Below, piece after piece: positions 1 through 9,431 of a stretch of DNA of 44,490 nt. The DNA is from Bacteroidota bacterium (GTDB lineage Bacteria > Bacteroidota > Bacteroidia > AKYH767-A > OLB10): positions 1 to 44,490 of the forward strand of contig JBDTVD010000001.1 in the NCBI GenBank assembly GCA_040007375.1, written 5' to 3'. Below the pieces are notes generated by a model. The model was not told the origin of the DNA, ran no database searches, and was given only the letters and a program-made list of their open reading frames with translations. Within the stretch, counting starts at the first letter, position 1; the number at the start of each line of letters is the position of its first letter. The translations under genes and the position numbers were made by a program.

Positions 1-851
1 GAAGACCAGGTCATATTTTTCCTCTCAAAGCAAAATCAGGTGGAGTCTTAAGAAGAGCAGGTCACACTGAAGCATCTATAGATCTTTCAAGACTTGCAGG
101 TTTTCCAGCACCACATGGTGGAGTTCTTGTTGAAATTATGAATGATGACGGAAGCATGGCCCGTCTTCCCGAATTATTTGTGATTGCAGAACGATTTGGA
201 ATGAAAATTATTTCGATTGAGGATCTCATTAAATACAGAATTGAAAAAGAATCATTGATAGAAAGAGAAGTGAAAGTGAATATGCCTACAGCTTATGGTG
301 ATTTTAAACTTCTCGCATACCGGCAAATCAATACTGATCAGGAACACCTTGCACTTATTAAAGGAGAATGGGAAAAAGATGAAGCTGTTCTTGTGAGAGT
401 ACATTCATCCTGCTTAACAGGAGATATTTTCGGATCATGCCGTTGTGATTGTGGCCCACAGTTACATGCAGCAATGGAATTAATTGAGAAGGAAGGAAAA
501 GGTGTGATTGTTTATATGAACCAGGAAGGACGTGGAATAGGACTTTTGAATAAACTGAAAGCCTATAAACTCCAGGAAGAAGGTAAGGATACTATTGAAG
601 CAAATATTGAATTGGGATTTAAATCAGACCAGCGTGATTATGGTGTAGGCGCACAGATACTGCGAGACCTTGGAGTAACCAAAATGCGTTTGATGACTAA
701 TAATCCAACAAAGAGAGCCGGACTTATTGGTTATGGTCTTGAGATCGTGGAGAATGTTTCCCTGCAAACAAAATCGAATGAACATAACAAATTTTATCTC
801 GAAACAAAAAGAGATAAAATGGGACATAGTTTGAATATTGATAATGATTAA
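1..851 (+). CDS. ribBA: Bifunctional 3,4-dihydroxy-2-butanone-4-phosphate synthase / GTP cyclohydrolase II, 5' end cut by the window edge
   Basis: The frame is open from nt 3 with no stop. [28 protein letters not shown] (DHBP synthase part) runs into [24 protein letters not shown] and [12 protein letters not shown] (GTP cyclohydrolase II). The ATG at 138 in the ORF track is internal. Confidence 0.9.
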   Translation, partial: RPGHIFPLKAKSGGVLRRAGHTEASIDLSRLAGFPAPHGGVLVEIMNDDGSMARLPELFVIAERFGMKIISIEDLIKYRIEKESLIEREVKVNMPTAYGDFKLLAYRQINTDQEHLALIKGEWEKDEAVLVRVHSSCLTGDIFGSCRCDCGPQLHAAMELIEKEGKGVIVYMNQEGRGIGLLNKLKAYKLQEEGKDTIEANIELGFKSDQRDYGVGAQILRDLGVTKMRLMTNNPTKRAGLIGYGLEIVENVSLQTKSNEHNKFYLETKRDKMGHSLNIDND

Positions 852-888
852 TTATTAGTTAAACAAAGCAGATTCTGCAATTATATAT

Positions 889-2298
889 ATGACGTTAATT
901 AAATCCATATCAGGAATCAGGGGCACAATTGGTGGTAAACCGGGTGATGCCTTAACGCCTGTTGATATAGTAAAATTCGCATCAGCATATGGAACCTGGC
1001 TGATGCAACAAAATAATAGTAAACCTTATTCAGTTGTAATCGGCAGAGATGCAAGAATAAGTGGATCCATGTTAAGTGGTTTGGTTTGTAATACACTTTC
1101 AGGATTAGGAATTGATGTAATTGATGTAGGTTTTTCCACTACACCAACCGTTGAAATGGCAGTTACATTTATGAAAGCAAGTGGTGGAATAATATTAACT
1201 GCAAGTCATAATCCTAAACAATGGAATGCATTAAAACTTCTCAATGAAAAAGGAGAGTTTTTATCTGCTGCAAATGGTGCAGAAATACTTGCCATTGCTG
1301 AACGCGGGGAGTTTACCTTCAGTGATGTAAATCATCTCGGAAAAATTACAGTTGACAATACAGCATTTGCTAAACATTTTGAAGCGATACTTGCATTACC
1401 TCTTGTTGACAGAAAAGCAATTGAGAAAGCCAATTTCCGGATTGTTATTGATTGTGTGAATTCAACAGGCGGAATTGCTGTTCCTGCTTTATTAAAAATA
1501 CTTGGTGTAAAAGATGTAATTGAATTATACTGTGAACCGAATGGTCAGTTTCCACATAACCCGGAACCATTACCTGAAAACCTTACTGAAATTTCGAAGG
1601 AAGTAGTTAAGAAGAAAGCTCATCTCGGAATTGTTGTTGATCCTGATGTGGACAGACTTGCATTGGTGTGTGAAGATGGGGAAATGTTTGGGGAAGAATA
1701 TACTCTTGTTGCAGTTGCTGATTATATCTTAAAAAATAAACCAGGCAACACTGTTTCCAATTTATCATCAACACGTGCATTGCGTGATGTTACAGAAAAA
1801 CATGGTGGAGCTTATTATGCATCAGCAGTTGGTGAAGTGAATGTAGTGGAGATGATGAAAGAAAAAAATGCAATTATTGGTGGTGAAGGAAACGGAGGAA
1901 TTATTTATCCTCAGTTACACAATGGTCGCGATGCATTAGTGGGAATTGCTTTGTTCCTTTCTCATCTTGCAAAATATGGTAAGAGTTGTTCTATGTTGCG
2001 TTCTTCATATCCTGATTATTTTATCTCTAAAAATAAAATTGAGCTGACCACTGATATGGATGTGGATGAAATTATTTCAGAAATAGAACAGAAGTATAAA
2101 AAGCAACCTATGAATACTATTGATGGTGTTAAAATTGAATTTGATAAAGAATGGGTTCACCTTCGTAAATCAAACACAGAACCTATCATCAGAATATACA
2201 GTGAAAGTACCAGCATGACAACTGCTGAAAATCTTGCAGAAAAAATTATTATGGATATTAAAGATATTGTATCCAGAATGATGACAGTTAAAAATTAA
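889..2298 (+). CDS. glmM: Phosphoglucosamine mutase (alpha-D-phosphohexomutase family)
   Basis: 469-aa ORF. It has the N-terminus MTLIKSISGIRGTIGG, the phosphoserine loop TASHNPKQWNALK and the metal site DPDVDR. Confidence 0.85.
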   Translation: MTLIKSISGIRGTIGGKPGDALTPVDIVKFASAYGTWLMQQNNSKPYSVVIGRDARISGSMLSGLVCNTLSGLGIDVIDVGFSTTPTVEMAVTFMKASGGIILTASHNPKQWNALKLLNEKGEFLSAANGAEILAIAERGEFTFSDVNHLGKITVDNTAFAKHFEAILALPLVDRKAIEKANFRIVIDCVNSTGGIAVPALLKILGVKDVIELYCEPNGQFPHNPEPLPENLTEISKEVVKKKAHLGIVVDPDVDRLALVCEDGEMFGEEYTLVAVADYILKNKPGNTVSNLSSTRALRDVTEKHGGAYYASAVGEVNVVEMMKEKNAIIGGEGNGGIIYPQLHNGRDALVGIALFLSHLAKYGKSCSMLRSSYPDYFISKNKIELTTDMDVDEIISEIEQKYKKQPMNTIDGVKIEFDKEWVHLRKSNTEPIIRIYSESTSMTTAENLAEKIIMDIKDIVSRMMTVKN

Positions 2299-2322
2299 AC
2301 AGAAAAAATACCGTTCAGAAGA

Positions 2323-3459
2323 ATGAAAATTTATCTCGACAATGCAGCAACAACTGCAATCCACCCGGAAGTAATTGATGCTATGGTGGAGGTAATGAAA
2401 AATAAATTTGGTAATCCATCTTCGATTCATGGATATGGCCGTGAGGTGAGAACGATTGTGGAAGATGCAAGAAAGAAAGTTGCTAAGATTTTAAAGACAT
2501 CTCCTGCTTCTATATTTTTTACTTCGGGAGGAACTGAAGCAAATAATATGGCAATACGTTGCACCATTCATGATATGGCAATCAGGCATGCCATTACTTC
2601 TCCGATTGAACATCATGCAGTAATTCATACACTGGAAGACCTTGCAGCAAGAGGAGAGATTAAACTCAGTCTTGTTAAACTTGACAGTAATGGAAATGTT
2701 GATCTGAATGATCTGGAGAGATTACTGAAAGAGAATGAGCGTTCTTTTGTTTCATTGATGCATGCTAATAATGAAATTGGAACTTTACTTCCATTGCAGG
2801 AGTGTGGTGCTATATGCAGAAAGTATGATGCAATTTTTCATTGTGATACAGTACAGACAATGGGACATTTCATTCACGATATGAGTACACTTCAAGTGGA
2901 TTTTATTACATGTGCTGCACATAAATTTCATGGTCCGAAAGGTGTTGGATTTTTGTACATCAACAATGAAAGAGTAAAAATTAAACCGTTGATTACAGGA
3001 GGTGCACAGGAAAGAAATATGCGCGGAGGTACTGAGAATGTCTACGGAATTGTAGGTCTTGCAAAAGCATTGGAACTTGCATACGATCATATGGATGAAC
3101 ATATGATTTATATTACTGGATTGAAGAATTACATGATTAAGAAATTAATGGATGAAATTCCCGGTGTTTCTTTTAATGGTGAAACAGGGAAAAAAAGTTT
3201 ATATACTGTTTTGAATGTGAGTTTACCATCAACAGAAATAGGAGAGATGCTTTTATTCAATCTTGATATTGCAGGAATTGCTGCAAGTGGAGGAAGTGCA
3301 TGTTCGTCAGGAAGCAACCAGGGATCACATGTATTAAAAGCTATTAATGGAGATTCTGATCGTCCTGCTGTGCGTTTTTCATTTTGCAGTAACAACACAA
3401 AAGAAGAAATTGATTATGCTGTAGAAAAATTAAAAGAAATGTTTCTGGTGAAAGCTTAG
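2323..3459 (+). CDS. Cysteine desulfurase (class V aminotransferase, NifS/IscS-like)
   Basis: 378-aa ORF. It has the PLP-lysine context AAHKFHGPKGVG and the catalytic Cys loop SGGSACSSG. Confidence 0.85.
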   Translation: MKIYLDNAATTAIHPEVIDAMVEVMKNKFGNPSSIHGYGREVRTIVEDARKKVAKILKTSPASIFFTSGGTEANNMAIRCTIHDMAIRHAITSPIEHHAVIHTLEDLAARGEIKLSLVKLDSNGNVDLNDLERLLKENERSFVSLMHANNEIGTLLPLQECGAICRKYDAIFHCDTVQTMGHFIHDMSTLQVDFITCAAHKFHGPKGVGFLYINNERVKIKPLITGGAQERNMRGGTENVYGIVGLAKALELAYDHMDEHMIYITGLKNYMIKKLMDEIPGVSFNGETGKKSLYTVLNVSLPSTEIGEMLLFNLDIAGIAASGGSACSSGSNQGSHVLKAINGDSDRPAVRFSFCSNNTKEEIDYAVEKLKEMFLVKA

Positions 3460-3503
3460 AACCTGTTGCTTTTTTTTTTGTAATAATTAAACAGGAATAA
3501 AAT

Positions 3504-3533
3504 AAAAAGCCCCGGAATTTCCGGGGCTTTTAT
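3504..3533. terminator. Bidirectional intrinsic terminator between the cysteine desulfurase gene and the histone-like gene
   Basis: GCCCCGGAA (3509-3517) pairs with TTCCGGGGC (3519-3527). An A-run lies on the left and a T-run on the right, and the hairpin sits between convergent stops at 3459 and 3553. Confidence 0.8.
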
Positions 3534-3552
3534 TGTAACCTGAAGAAATGAA

Positions 3553-3933
3553 TTATTTCTTCTTAGCAGCTTTACGAGCTCCTTTTTTAGCAGCTTTTCT
3601 AGTGCCTTTTTTAGCAGCTTTCTTAGCTCCTTTTCTTGCAACTCTTTTAGCTCCTTTTTTAGCTCCTTTTTTAGCAGCTTTCTTAGCGCCTTTTTTAGCA
3701 GCTTTTTTAGCGCCTTTCTTAGCAGCTTTTCTAGCTCCTTTTTTAGCAGCTTTCTTTGCACCTTTCTTAGCAGCTTTTTTAGCTCCTTTTTTTGCAGCAG
3801 CAGCTTCAACGTTAGCTAATTTAAAGCCGATAACACGTGAAGTAGTTGCAGCACCGATAGTGCTCTTCTTGTTAGAAGTTTTGCTGATTCCAGTAACCAC
3901 TGGTGCAGCCATCATTTCTGATTTTTGTTTCAT
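3553..3933 (-). CDS. Lys/Ala-rich histone H1-like (AKKA-repeat) basic protein
   Basis: 126-aa ORF with a non-repetitive N-terminus (MKQKSEMMAAPVVTGISKTSNKKSTIGAATTSRVIGFKLANVE) followed by about ten KKGAKKAA units. It stops 20 nt before the terminator hairpin. The two other long ORFs over the repeat are frame artefacts. Confidence 0.6.
   Translation of the reverse strand: MKQKSEMMAAPVVTGISKTSNKKSTIGAATTSRVIGFKLANVEAAAAKKGAKKAAKKGAKKAAKKGARKAAKKGAKKAAKKGAKKAAKKGAKKGAKRVARKGAKKAAKKGTRKAAKKGARKAAKKK
3556..3792 (-). repeat. In-frame 24-nt tandem repeat encoding (KKGAKKAA)n
   Basis: GCAGCTTTCTTAGC(N)CCTTTTTTA-type units recur head to tail across about 235 nt on the + strand. All three long frames stay open over it. 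Confidence 0.85.
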
Positions 3934-4092
3934 GTTTAATTTAATTTGAATTGGTTAATGATTAATTTGTTATGGTTAAACTGTTAATTTTCAAATTTTG
4001 TTTCATTTAATTGAAACTTTTCTAAAGTTTCAATATTTCAACCGATCATTTCTCACTCAATCAAACTCAATTCTAATGCTGACAAATATATA

Positions 4093-5337
4093 TTAAGCAG
4101 TTACTATTTTGTCAACGTTATATTTACCGGCTTTAAGATTTGCAATAATAATTTTAAATGCATCAATTGTATATTTCACATCTTCCAATGTATGTACTGC
4201 AGTTGGAATAAGACGTAACATAATAACACCTTTCGGAACTACAGGATATACAACCATTGAACAGAAGATATCATAATTCTCACGAAGATCAAGGATTAGA
4301 TTTGTTGCTTCCGGAATTGTTCCATTCAGAAAAACAGGAGTAACAGGAGAATTGGTTTTTCCAATTTCAAATCCTGCATCTCTTAAACCTTTCTGAAGTG
4401 CATGAACTATTTTCCAAAGACGATCTTTCAATTCAGGTTGTGTGCGTAATAACTCCAGTCGTTTTAATGCTCCTATTACTAAAGGCATCGGTAATGCTTT
4501 TGCAAAAATCTGCGAACGCATATTATAACGAAGGTATTCTACTACCTGTTCATCACTTGAAATAAAAGCACCGATTGAAGCCATAGACTTTGCAAATGTT
4601 CCAAAGTAAATATCGATGCCATCCTGACAACCTTGTTCTTCACCTGTTCCTGCACCGGTTTTTCCCATCGTTCCAAAACCATGTGCATCATCAACAAATA
4701 AGCGGAATAAAAATTTCTTCTTCAGTGCAACTATTTCTTTTAAAAAGCCCTGATCACCACTCATTCCAAAAACACCTTCTGTAATAACCATGATACCACC
4801 AGTAGTTCCTTCTACAAGTTTGGCAGCACGCTCAAGTTGTTTTTCAAGTGATGTCATATCATTATGAGGATAAACAAATCTTTTCCCCATATGTAAACGC
4901 AGACCATCAAAAATGCAGGCATGCGATTCACTGTCATATACTATTACATCATGTCTGTCAACCAAAGCATCAATTGCACTTACCATTCCCTGGTATCCGA
5001 AATTCAAAAGAATGGTATCTTCTTTATTCATAAAAGAAGATAATTCACTTTCCAGTTGTTCGTGTTGATTACTGTTACCACTCATCATACGTGCACCCAT
5101 TGGTAATGCAAGTCCAAATTCTGCTGCGGCTTCTGCATCTACTTTACGAACTTCCGGATGATTTGCCAGACCCAGATAATTGTTTAATGACCACACGAGA
5201 CGTTCTTTGCCACGGAAAATCATTTTATTGGAAATATCACCTTCTAATTTCGGGAATGTAAAATAACCATGTGCATCTTTTGCATGCATTCCTAGCGGAC
5301 CTCTGTTTTCCCTTATCTTTTCGAAAATATCTTTCAT
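4093..5337 (-). CDS. PLP-dependent alpha-oxoamine synthase family acyltransferase (SPT / cysteate-acyltransferase / Kbl-like)
   Basis: 414-aa ORF. Motifs are NNYLGLANHPEV, DDAHGFG and the PLP-lysine context GTFAKSMASIGAF. Substrate cannot be fixed from sequence alone. Confidence 0.8.
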   Translation of the reverse strand: MKDIFEKIRENRGPLGMHAKDAHGYFTFPKLEGDISNKMIFRGKERLVWSLNNYLGLANHPEVRKVDAEAAAEFGLALPMGARMMSGNSNQHEQLESELSSFMNKEDTILLNFGYQGMVSAIDALVDRHDVIVYDSESHACIFDGLRLHMGKRFVYPHNDMTSLEKQLERAAKLVEGTTGGIMVITEGVFGMSGDQGFLKEIVALKKKFLFRLFVDDAHGFGTMGKTGAGTGEEQGCQDGIDIYFGTFAKSMASIGAFISSDEQVVEYLRYNMRSQIFAKALPMPLVIGALKRLELLRTQPELKDRLWKIVHALQKGLRDAGFEIGKTNSPVTPVFLNGTIPEATNLILDLRENYDIFCSMVVYPVVPKGVIMLRLIPTAVHTLEDVKYTIDAFKIIIANLKAGKYNVDKIVTA

Positions 5338-5414
5338 CGAATTTTTACTTCTGCGTTTTCGTTGATTTTATATTTGTGTATTCCGCATCAATTATGGTGA
5401 CCGAAATATCAGCA

Positions 5415-5422
5415 CAAAAATA
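5415..5422 (-). promoter_or_regulatory. Bacteroidota -7 promoter box (TATTTTTG) upstream of the alpha-oxoamine synthase gene
   Basis: CAAAAATA on the + strand is TAnnTTTG on the - strand, 78 nt upstream of the start at 5337. Confidence 0.4.
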
Positions 5423-5513
5423 AAACTAATATCTCATATAACAATAATGTTTTCAACACTTCGTTGTTAATGTGCCTGATATATAAATACACTCTGTAAT
5501 TACTGTTTTTTTC

Positions 5514-5521
5514 TACATTTG
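5514..5521 (+). promoter_or_regulatory. Bacteroidota -7 promoter box (TACATTTG) upstream of bamD
   Basis: Perfect TAnnTTTG ending 4 nt before the ATG at 5526, which implies a leaderless or near-leaderless mRNA. Confidence 0.45.
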
Positions 5522-5525
5522 CACA

Positions 5526-6350
5526 ATGTCCACAACAATGAAAACTATTTCTTTAATGTTAATTACAACAGTGATTTTGTTCACATCATGTAGTAATTAT
5601 CAACGCGTATTGAAAGGAAGTGATATGAATCTGAAGTTCGAAACTGCAGAAAAATATTATCAGAAAGAAGAATATTATCGCGCATTACAACTGCTTGAAG
5701 AACTCATGGTTGTTTATCGTGGTACTGAAAAAGGTGAAAAGGTTTATTACTACTACGCATATTGCAATTATCATATCGGTGATTTTGTAATGGCATCATA
5801 TCATTTCAATAATTTTCTTCTCACTTATCCGAATAGCACTTATTCAGAAGAAGTGCAGTTTCAGTATGCATATTGTTATTATCTTGATTCTCCGGTTCCA
5901 AGTCTTGATCAAACAAGTTCGATTGATGCAATAGATAAATTTCAATTGTTTGTAAACCGTTATCCGAAAAGTGAAAAGGTAGAACAGGCAAATAATCTCA
6001 TTGATGAATTGCGATTGAAACTAGAGATAAAAGCATTCAATAATGCAAAGCTTTATTACAAAACCGAAAACTATAAAGCTGCAATTACTGCTCTTCAAAA
6101 TGTAGTTGTTCAGTTTCCGGCAGCCATTTTTAAAGAAGAAATTTACTACCTCGTTTTCCGCTCATCTTATCTTTATGCAATCAATAGTGTAGATTCAAAA
6201 CTTTTGCAACGATTAAAAGATGCACGCGAAAATTACCTTCGCCTTGTTGATGCTTTTCCACAAAGCAAATATCTGCAGGATGCCGAAAGAGCATATAACA
6301 ATGTTACAGAAGAACTGAAGAAGAGAGATCCTGTTTCTTTGAATAACTGA
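5526..6350 (+). CDS. bamD: Outer membrane protein assembly factor BamD (TPR lipoprotein)
   Basis: 274-aa ORF with a signal peptide and lipobox (ILFTSC) and a YfiO/BamD-like TPR pattern (KYYQKEEYYRAL, YPNSTYSEEVQFQYAYCYY). It holds the conserved position upstream of rpoZ-coaBC. Confidence 0.8.
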   Translation: MSTTMKTISLMLITTVILFTSCSNYQRVLKGSDMNLKFETAEKYYQKEEYYRALQLLEELMVVYRGTEKGEKVYYYYAYCNYHIGDFVMASYHFNNFLLTYPNSTYSEEVQFQYAYCYYLDSPVPSLDQTSSIDAIDKFQLFVNRYPKSEKVEQANNLIDELRLKLEIKAFNNAKLYYKTENYKAAITALQNVVVQFPAAIFKEEIYYLVFRSSYLYAINSVDSKLLQRLKDARENYLRLVDAFPQSKYLQDAERAYNNVTEELKKRDPVSLNN

Positions 6351-6378
6351 TAACTCACTTTATTTCATTCCACCGTTA

Positions 6379-6775
6379 TCAGGTGTTATTGTCTTTTTCA
6401 ATTTTGAAATTAATTTTCATGTAACAGTTCGATCTCTTTTCAAATTGTGTTTTTCATTTTATCCGGAGATTTTGATGTTGTGAAACAGAATTGTTACATT
6501 GATTGATTGATTGTTTACATGAATTTTGTGTAGTTGTAACCATTACATGATTTTAGTTTCAAGTATTCAGACATAACTCTCAAGTATAAGTTGAAGCGGA
6601 TGAAGTTGCCTGGATTCTTTTGGTTAATCATTACAGGATTTAAGAATACATATTATTTGTTGATGATAAGTGCATTTATTATGGTGATTAAAATTCCTGT
6701 TCCGGTAAATACTGATCAATGCTTATAGTAATCCATTAATAGGATGAACGGATTTTATTATGAATAACACCTGAC
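6379..6775. repeat. AT-rich 397-nt segment bounded by a perfect 12-bp inverted repeat (possible MITE-like insert)
   Basis: TCAGGTGTTATT at 6379-6390 and its exact reverse complement AATAACACCTGA at 6764-6775. I saw no target-site duplication. Confidence 0.3.
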
Positions 6776-6981
6776 TGCGAACCAGGATATTCGTATTTTA
6801 TAGGGAGTGAATAGCATCTTTTCAATTAGCCAGTCATTGAAATATTGGAATTTCATTGGGATAAGTAGTTTTTTCAGGGTTATAATTGCTGATTTTCGAT
6901 TTAATTCACTACAATTTGTTATCTTCACCGCCTCAAATAAAAGGGTTGATTATATAATACTTACCCTTATAAATAACAGAA

Positions 6982-7308
6982 ATGGCAACGTATAAATCAT
7001 CAACAAACACCACCATTACCCGCGACCTGGTAAATTTTGAAGAGAAGACAGCAAATGTTTATGAAACACTGGCGGTTTTAGCGAAGCGTGCAAATCACAT
7101 TTCATCAGAGTTAAAAGAAGAGTTGACTGAGAAACTTTCTGAGTTTGCCAGTATCAGCGATAACCTGGAAGAAATATTTGAAAACAGGGAACAGATTGAG
7201 ATTTCCAAATATTACGAGCGTCTTCCAAAGGCATCGTTAATTGCTATCCAGGAATATCTTGATGGTAAAATTTATCACAGAAATCCTGCAAAGGAAAATC
7301 AATCGTGA
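6982..7308 (+). CDS. rpoZ: DNA-directed RNA polymerase subunit omega (Bacteroidota type)
   Basis: 108-aa acidic ORF (YETLAVLAKRANHISSELKEELTEKLSEF). It lies between bamD and coaBC, and its stop overlaps the coaBC GTG start (GTGA). Confidence 0.75.
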   Translation: MATYKSSTNTTITRDLVNFEEKTANVYETLAVLAKRANHISSELKEELTEKLSEFASISDNLEEIFENREQIEISKYYERLPKASLIAIQEYLDGKIYHRNPAKENQS

Positions 7309-8504
7309 AATTAAGTGGTAAAAAAATTATCTTAGGTGTAACCGGAAGTATTGCTGCCTATAAAGCAGTTGAACTTTGCAGGTTGCTTATTAAAGAAGGT
7401 GCCGGGGTGAAAGTTGTTATGACTTCCCCGGCATCTGATTTTATTACTCCACTTACTTTGTCTGTTGTTTCGAAAAATCAAGTGTATACTGATTTTAAAA
7501 ATGAATTGCATAACTGGAACAATCATGTGGAGTTAGGATTGTGGGCTGACCTTTTTCTCATAGCACCCGCTACAGCAAATACAATTTCAAAAATGGCAAA
7601 TGGTGCATGCGATAATTTTTTACTCGCTACATATTTATCTGCGCGTTGTAAGGTAATGATTGCTCCTGCAATGGATCATGATATGTATCTGCATGAAGCA
7701 ACACAATCAAATCTTACTCAATTGAGAAACAGGAAACATATTATTGTTGGTCCTGCAAAAGGTGAATTGGCAAGTGGATTAAATGGTGAAGGAAGAATGG
7801 AAGAACCAGAAATTATTCTTAATGCAGTCAGTAGTTTTTTTTTGCGCAGTGATGAATTAAAAGGAAAACATGTTTTAGTAACTGCCGGTCCTACTCGAGA
7901 AGCAATCGATCCAGTGAGATTTATCAGTAACCGTTCATCAGGTAAAATGGGATTTGCTATTGCTGAAGAATTACAGAATAGAGGTGCTGATGTTACATTG
8001 ATTGCAGGTCCGAATATCTTGAACAGACCAGATAATATTACTTATGTAGAAGTTGAGTCAGCATCTGAAATGCATGAGGAATGCCAGAAGTTTTTCAAAA
8101 AATCAGATATCATTATAATGTCTGCAGCAGTTGCTGACTTCACACCGGAAGTTAAAGCGGTTCATAAAATAAAGAAAGGAAATACTTCTTCAAGTATTCC
8201 GTTATCACCAACGGTTGATATACTTGCTGAAATGGGAAAGCAGAAATCGGATGATCAGTTTCTCACAGGCTTTGCACTGGAAACAGAAAATGAACTTCAG
8301 AATGCAACTGATAAACTGAAAAGAAAAAACCTTGACCTCATTGTATTGAATACTTTAGCAGATGCCGGAGCCGGCTTCGAAATGAATACCAATAAAGTAA
8401 CCCTTATCGACAAAAAGGAAAGAGTTACACAATATGAATTGAAAAGTAAAATAGAAGTAGCAACTGATATTGTAAATAAAATTATTGAATTATCTCATGC
8501 GTAA
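7305..8504 (+). CDS. coaBC: Bifunctional phosphopantothenoylcysteine decarboxylase / phosphopantothenate-cysteine ligase
   Basis: 399 aa. The N-terminal flavoprotein domain has KIILGVTGSIAAYKA and PAMDHDMY. The C-terminal ligase domain has VTAGPTREAIDPVRFISNRSSGKMG. Confidence 0.9.
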   Translation: MKLSGKKIILGVTGSIAAYKAVELCRLLIKEGAGVKVVMTSPASDFITPLTLSVVSKNQVYTDFKNELHNWNNHVELGLWADLFLIAPATANTISKMANGACDNFLLATYLSARCKVMIAPAMDHDMYLHEATQSNLTQLRNRKHIIVGPAKGELASGLNGEGRMEEPEIILNAVSSFFLRSDELKGKHVLVTAGPTREAIDPVRFISNRSSGKMGFAIAEELQNRGADVTLIAGPNILNRPDNITYVEVESASEMHEECQKFFKKSDIIIMSAAVADFTPEVKAVHKIKKGNTSSSIPLSPTVDILAEMGKQKSDDQFLTGFALETENELQNATDKLKRKNLDLIVLNTLADAGAGFEMNTNKVTLIDKKERVTQYELKSKIEVATDIVNKIIELSHA

Positions 8505-9402
8505 AATAATCTGTAGTCTGTTAATGCTGATGACGTTTAATTACGTTGATGCACAGGAATTGAATTGCACTGTAAATGTAATATCACCACGAATACAGGG
8601 AAGTGATAAAAAGATTTTTACTACACTTCAGCAGAGTATTATTGAATTTATGAATTCCACCAAGTGGACAAATGATAAATACCGGACAGAAGAAAAAATT
8701 GACTGTAATATTCAGATTGAAGTTACAGAGCGAACATCAACCGATGAATTTAAAGGAACACTACAAATTACATCACGTCGCCCTGTTTATAAAGCAGATT
8801 ACAATTCACCAATATTGAATGTAAAGGATAATGATTTTAATTTCCGCTATATTGAATTTCAAACACTGGAGTTCAATGAGAGTGGTGCTAATCAGAATCT
8901 GGTTGCCATGCTTGCTTATTATGCTTACCTGGTTTTAGGAATGGATTACGATAGTTTTTCATCATTAGGTGGTACACCATATTTTCAAAAAATGCAGACT
9001 ATTGTTGCGAATATGCAGAATGCACCGGAATCGGGATGGCGTTCCTTCGAACCTAATCAGCGTAACAGATATTGGATAAGTGAGAATATTAATAATCCCG
9101 TTTACCGTCCGATACGTACTATGTTTTATGCATACCACAGAAACGGGTTAGATGTTCTTCAGGATAAAAAAGACGAAGGATTGCGTGCTATTGCTGCATC
9201 TGTTGAAGGACTGAAAAAAGTGCATGCTGAAAAACCTATTTCACCATTTATGCAATTAGTTTTTGATGCGAAAGCTGATGAAGTGGTGAACATGTTTAGT
9301 GGTGCACCCAATGAAATAAAAGCAATTGCAAAAGAAACGCTGGATGAAATTAATCCTTCCAATTCAGGAAAGTATTTAAAGATTACGGAAGGGAATAATT
9401 GA
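8497..9402 (+). CDS. DUF4835-family secreted protein
   Basis: It has the signal peptide MRKIICSLLMLMTFNYVDAQ. A protein of about 300 aa occupies the conserved coaBC-X-recN slot of Bacteroidota. I prefer the ATG at 8497 to the one at 8485. Confidence 0.65.
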   Translation: MRKIICSLLMLMTFNYVDAQELNCTVNVISPRIQGSDKKIFTTLQQSIIEFMNSTKWTNDKYRTEEKIDCNIQIEVTERTSTDEFKGTLQITSRRPVYKADYNSPILNVKDNDFNFRYIEFQTLEFNESGANQNLVAMLAYYAYLVLGMDYDSFSSLGGTPYFQKMQTIVANMQNAPESGWRSFEPNQRNRYWISENINNPVYRPIRTMFYAYHRNGLDVLQDKKDEGLRAIAASVEGLKKVHAEKPISPFMQLVFDAKADEVVNMFSGAPNEIKAIAKETLDEINPSNSGKYLKITEGNN

Positions 9403-9431
9403 TTGTATTTTTGTAGCACTTCAAAGTTGCC

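Noticed and set aside
3556-3792. Regularly spaced repeats that could be mistaken for a CRISPR array.
   Set aside because: The units are contiguous with no spacers, only 24 nt long and in frame with a coding sequence. No cas genes or leader are present.
3456-3949. Two additional long ORFs over the Lys/Ala repeat: 3456-3809 minus strand (117 aa, Leu/Lys-rich) and 3548-3949 plus strand (133 aa, Phe/Leu/Ala-rich).
   Set aside because: They are alternative frames of the 24-nt repeat. The 117-aa frame reads straight through the terminator hairpin at 3509-3527. The plus-strand frame gives an implausible monotonous hydrophobic polymer and starts just downstream of the terminator. Only the 3553-3933 frame has a unique N-terminal domain and stops before the terminator.
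6807-6995. 62-aa ORF preceding and overlapping the rpoZ start.
   Set aside because: It has a non-ATG start and an Ile/Phe/Asn-rich composition typical of AT-rich non-coding DNA, and it overlaps the rpoZ start codon out of frame.
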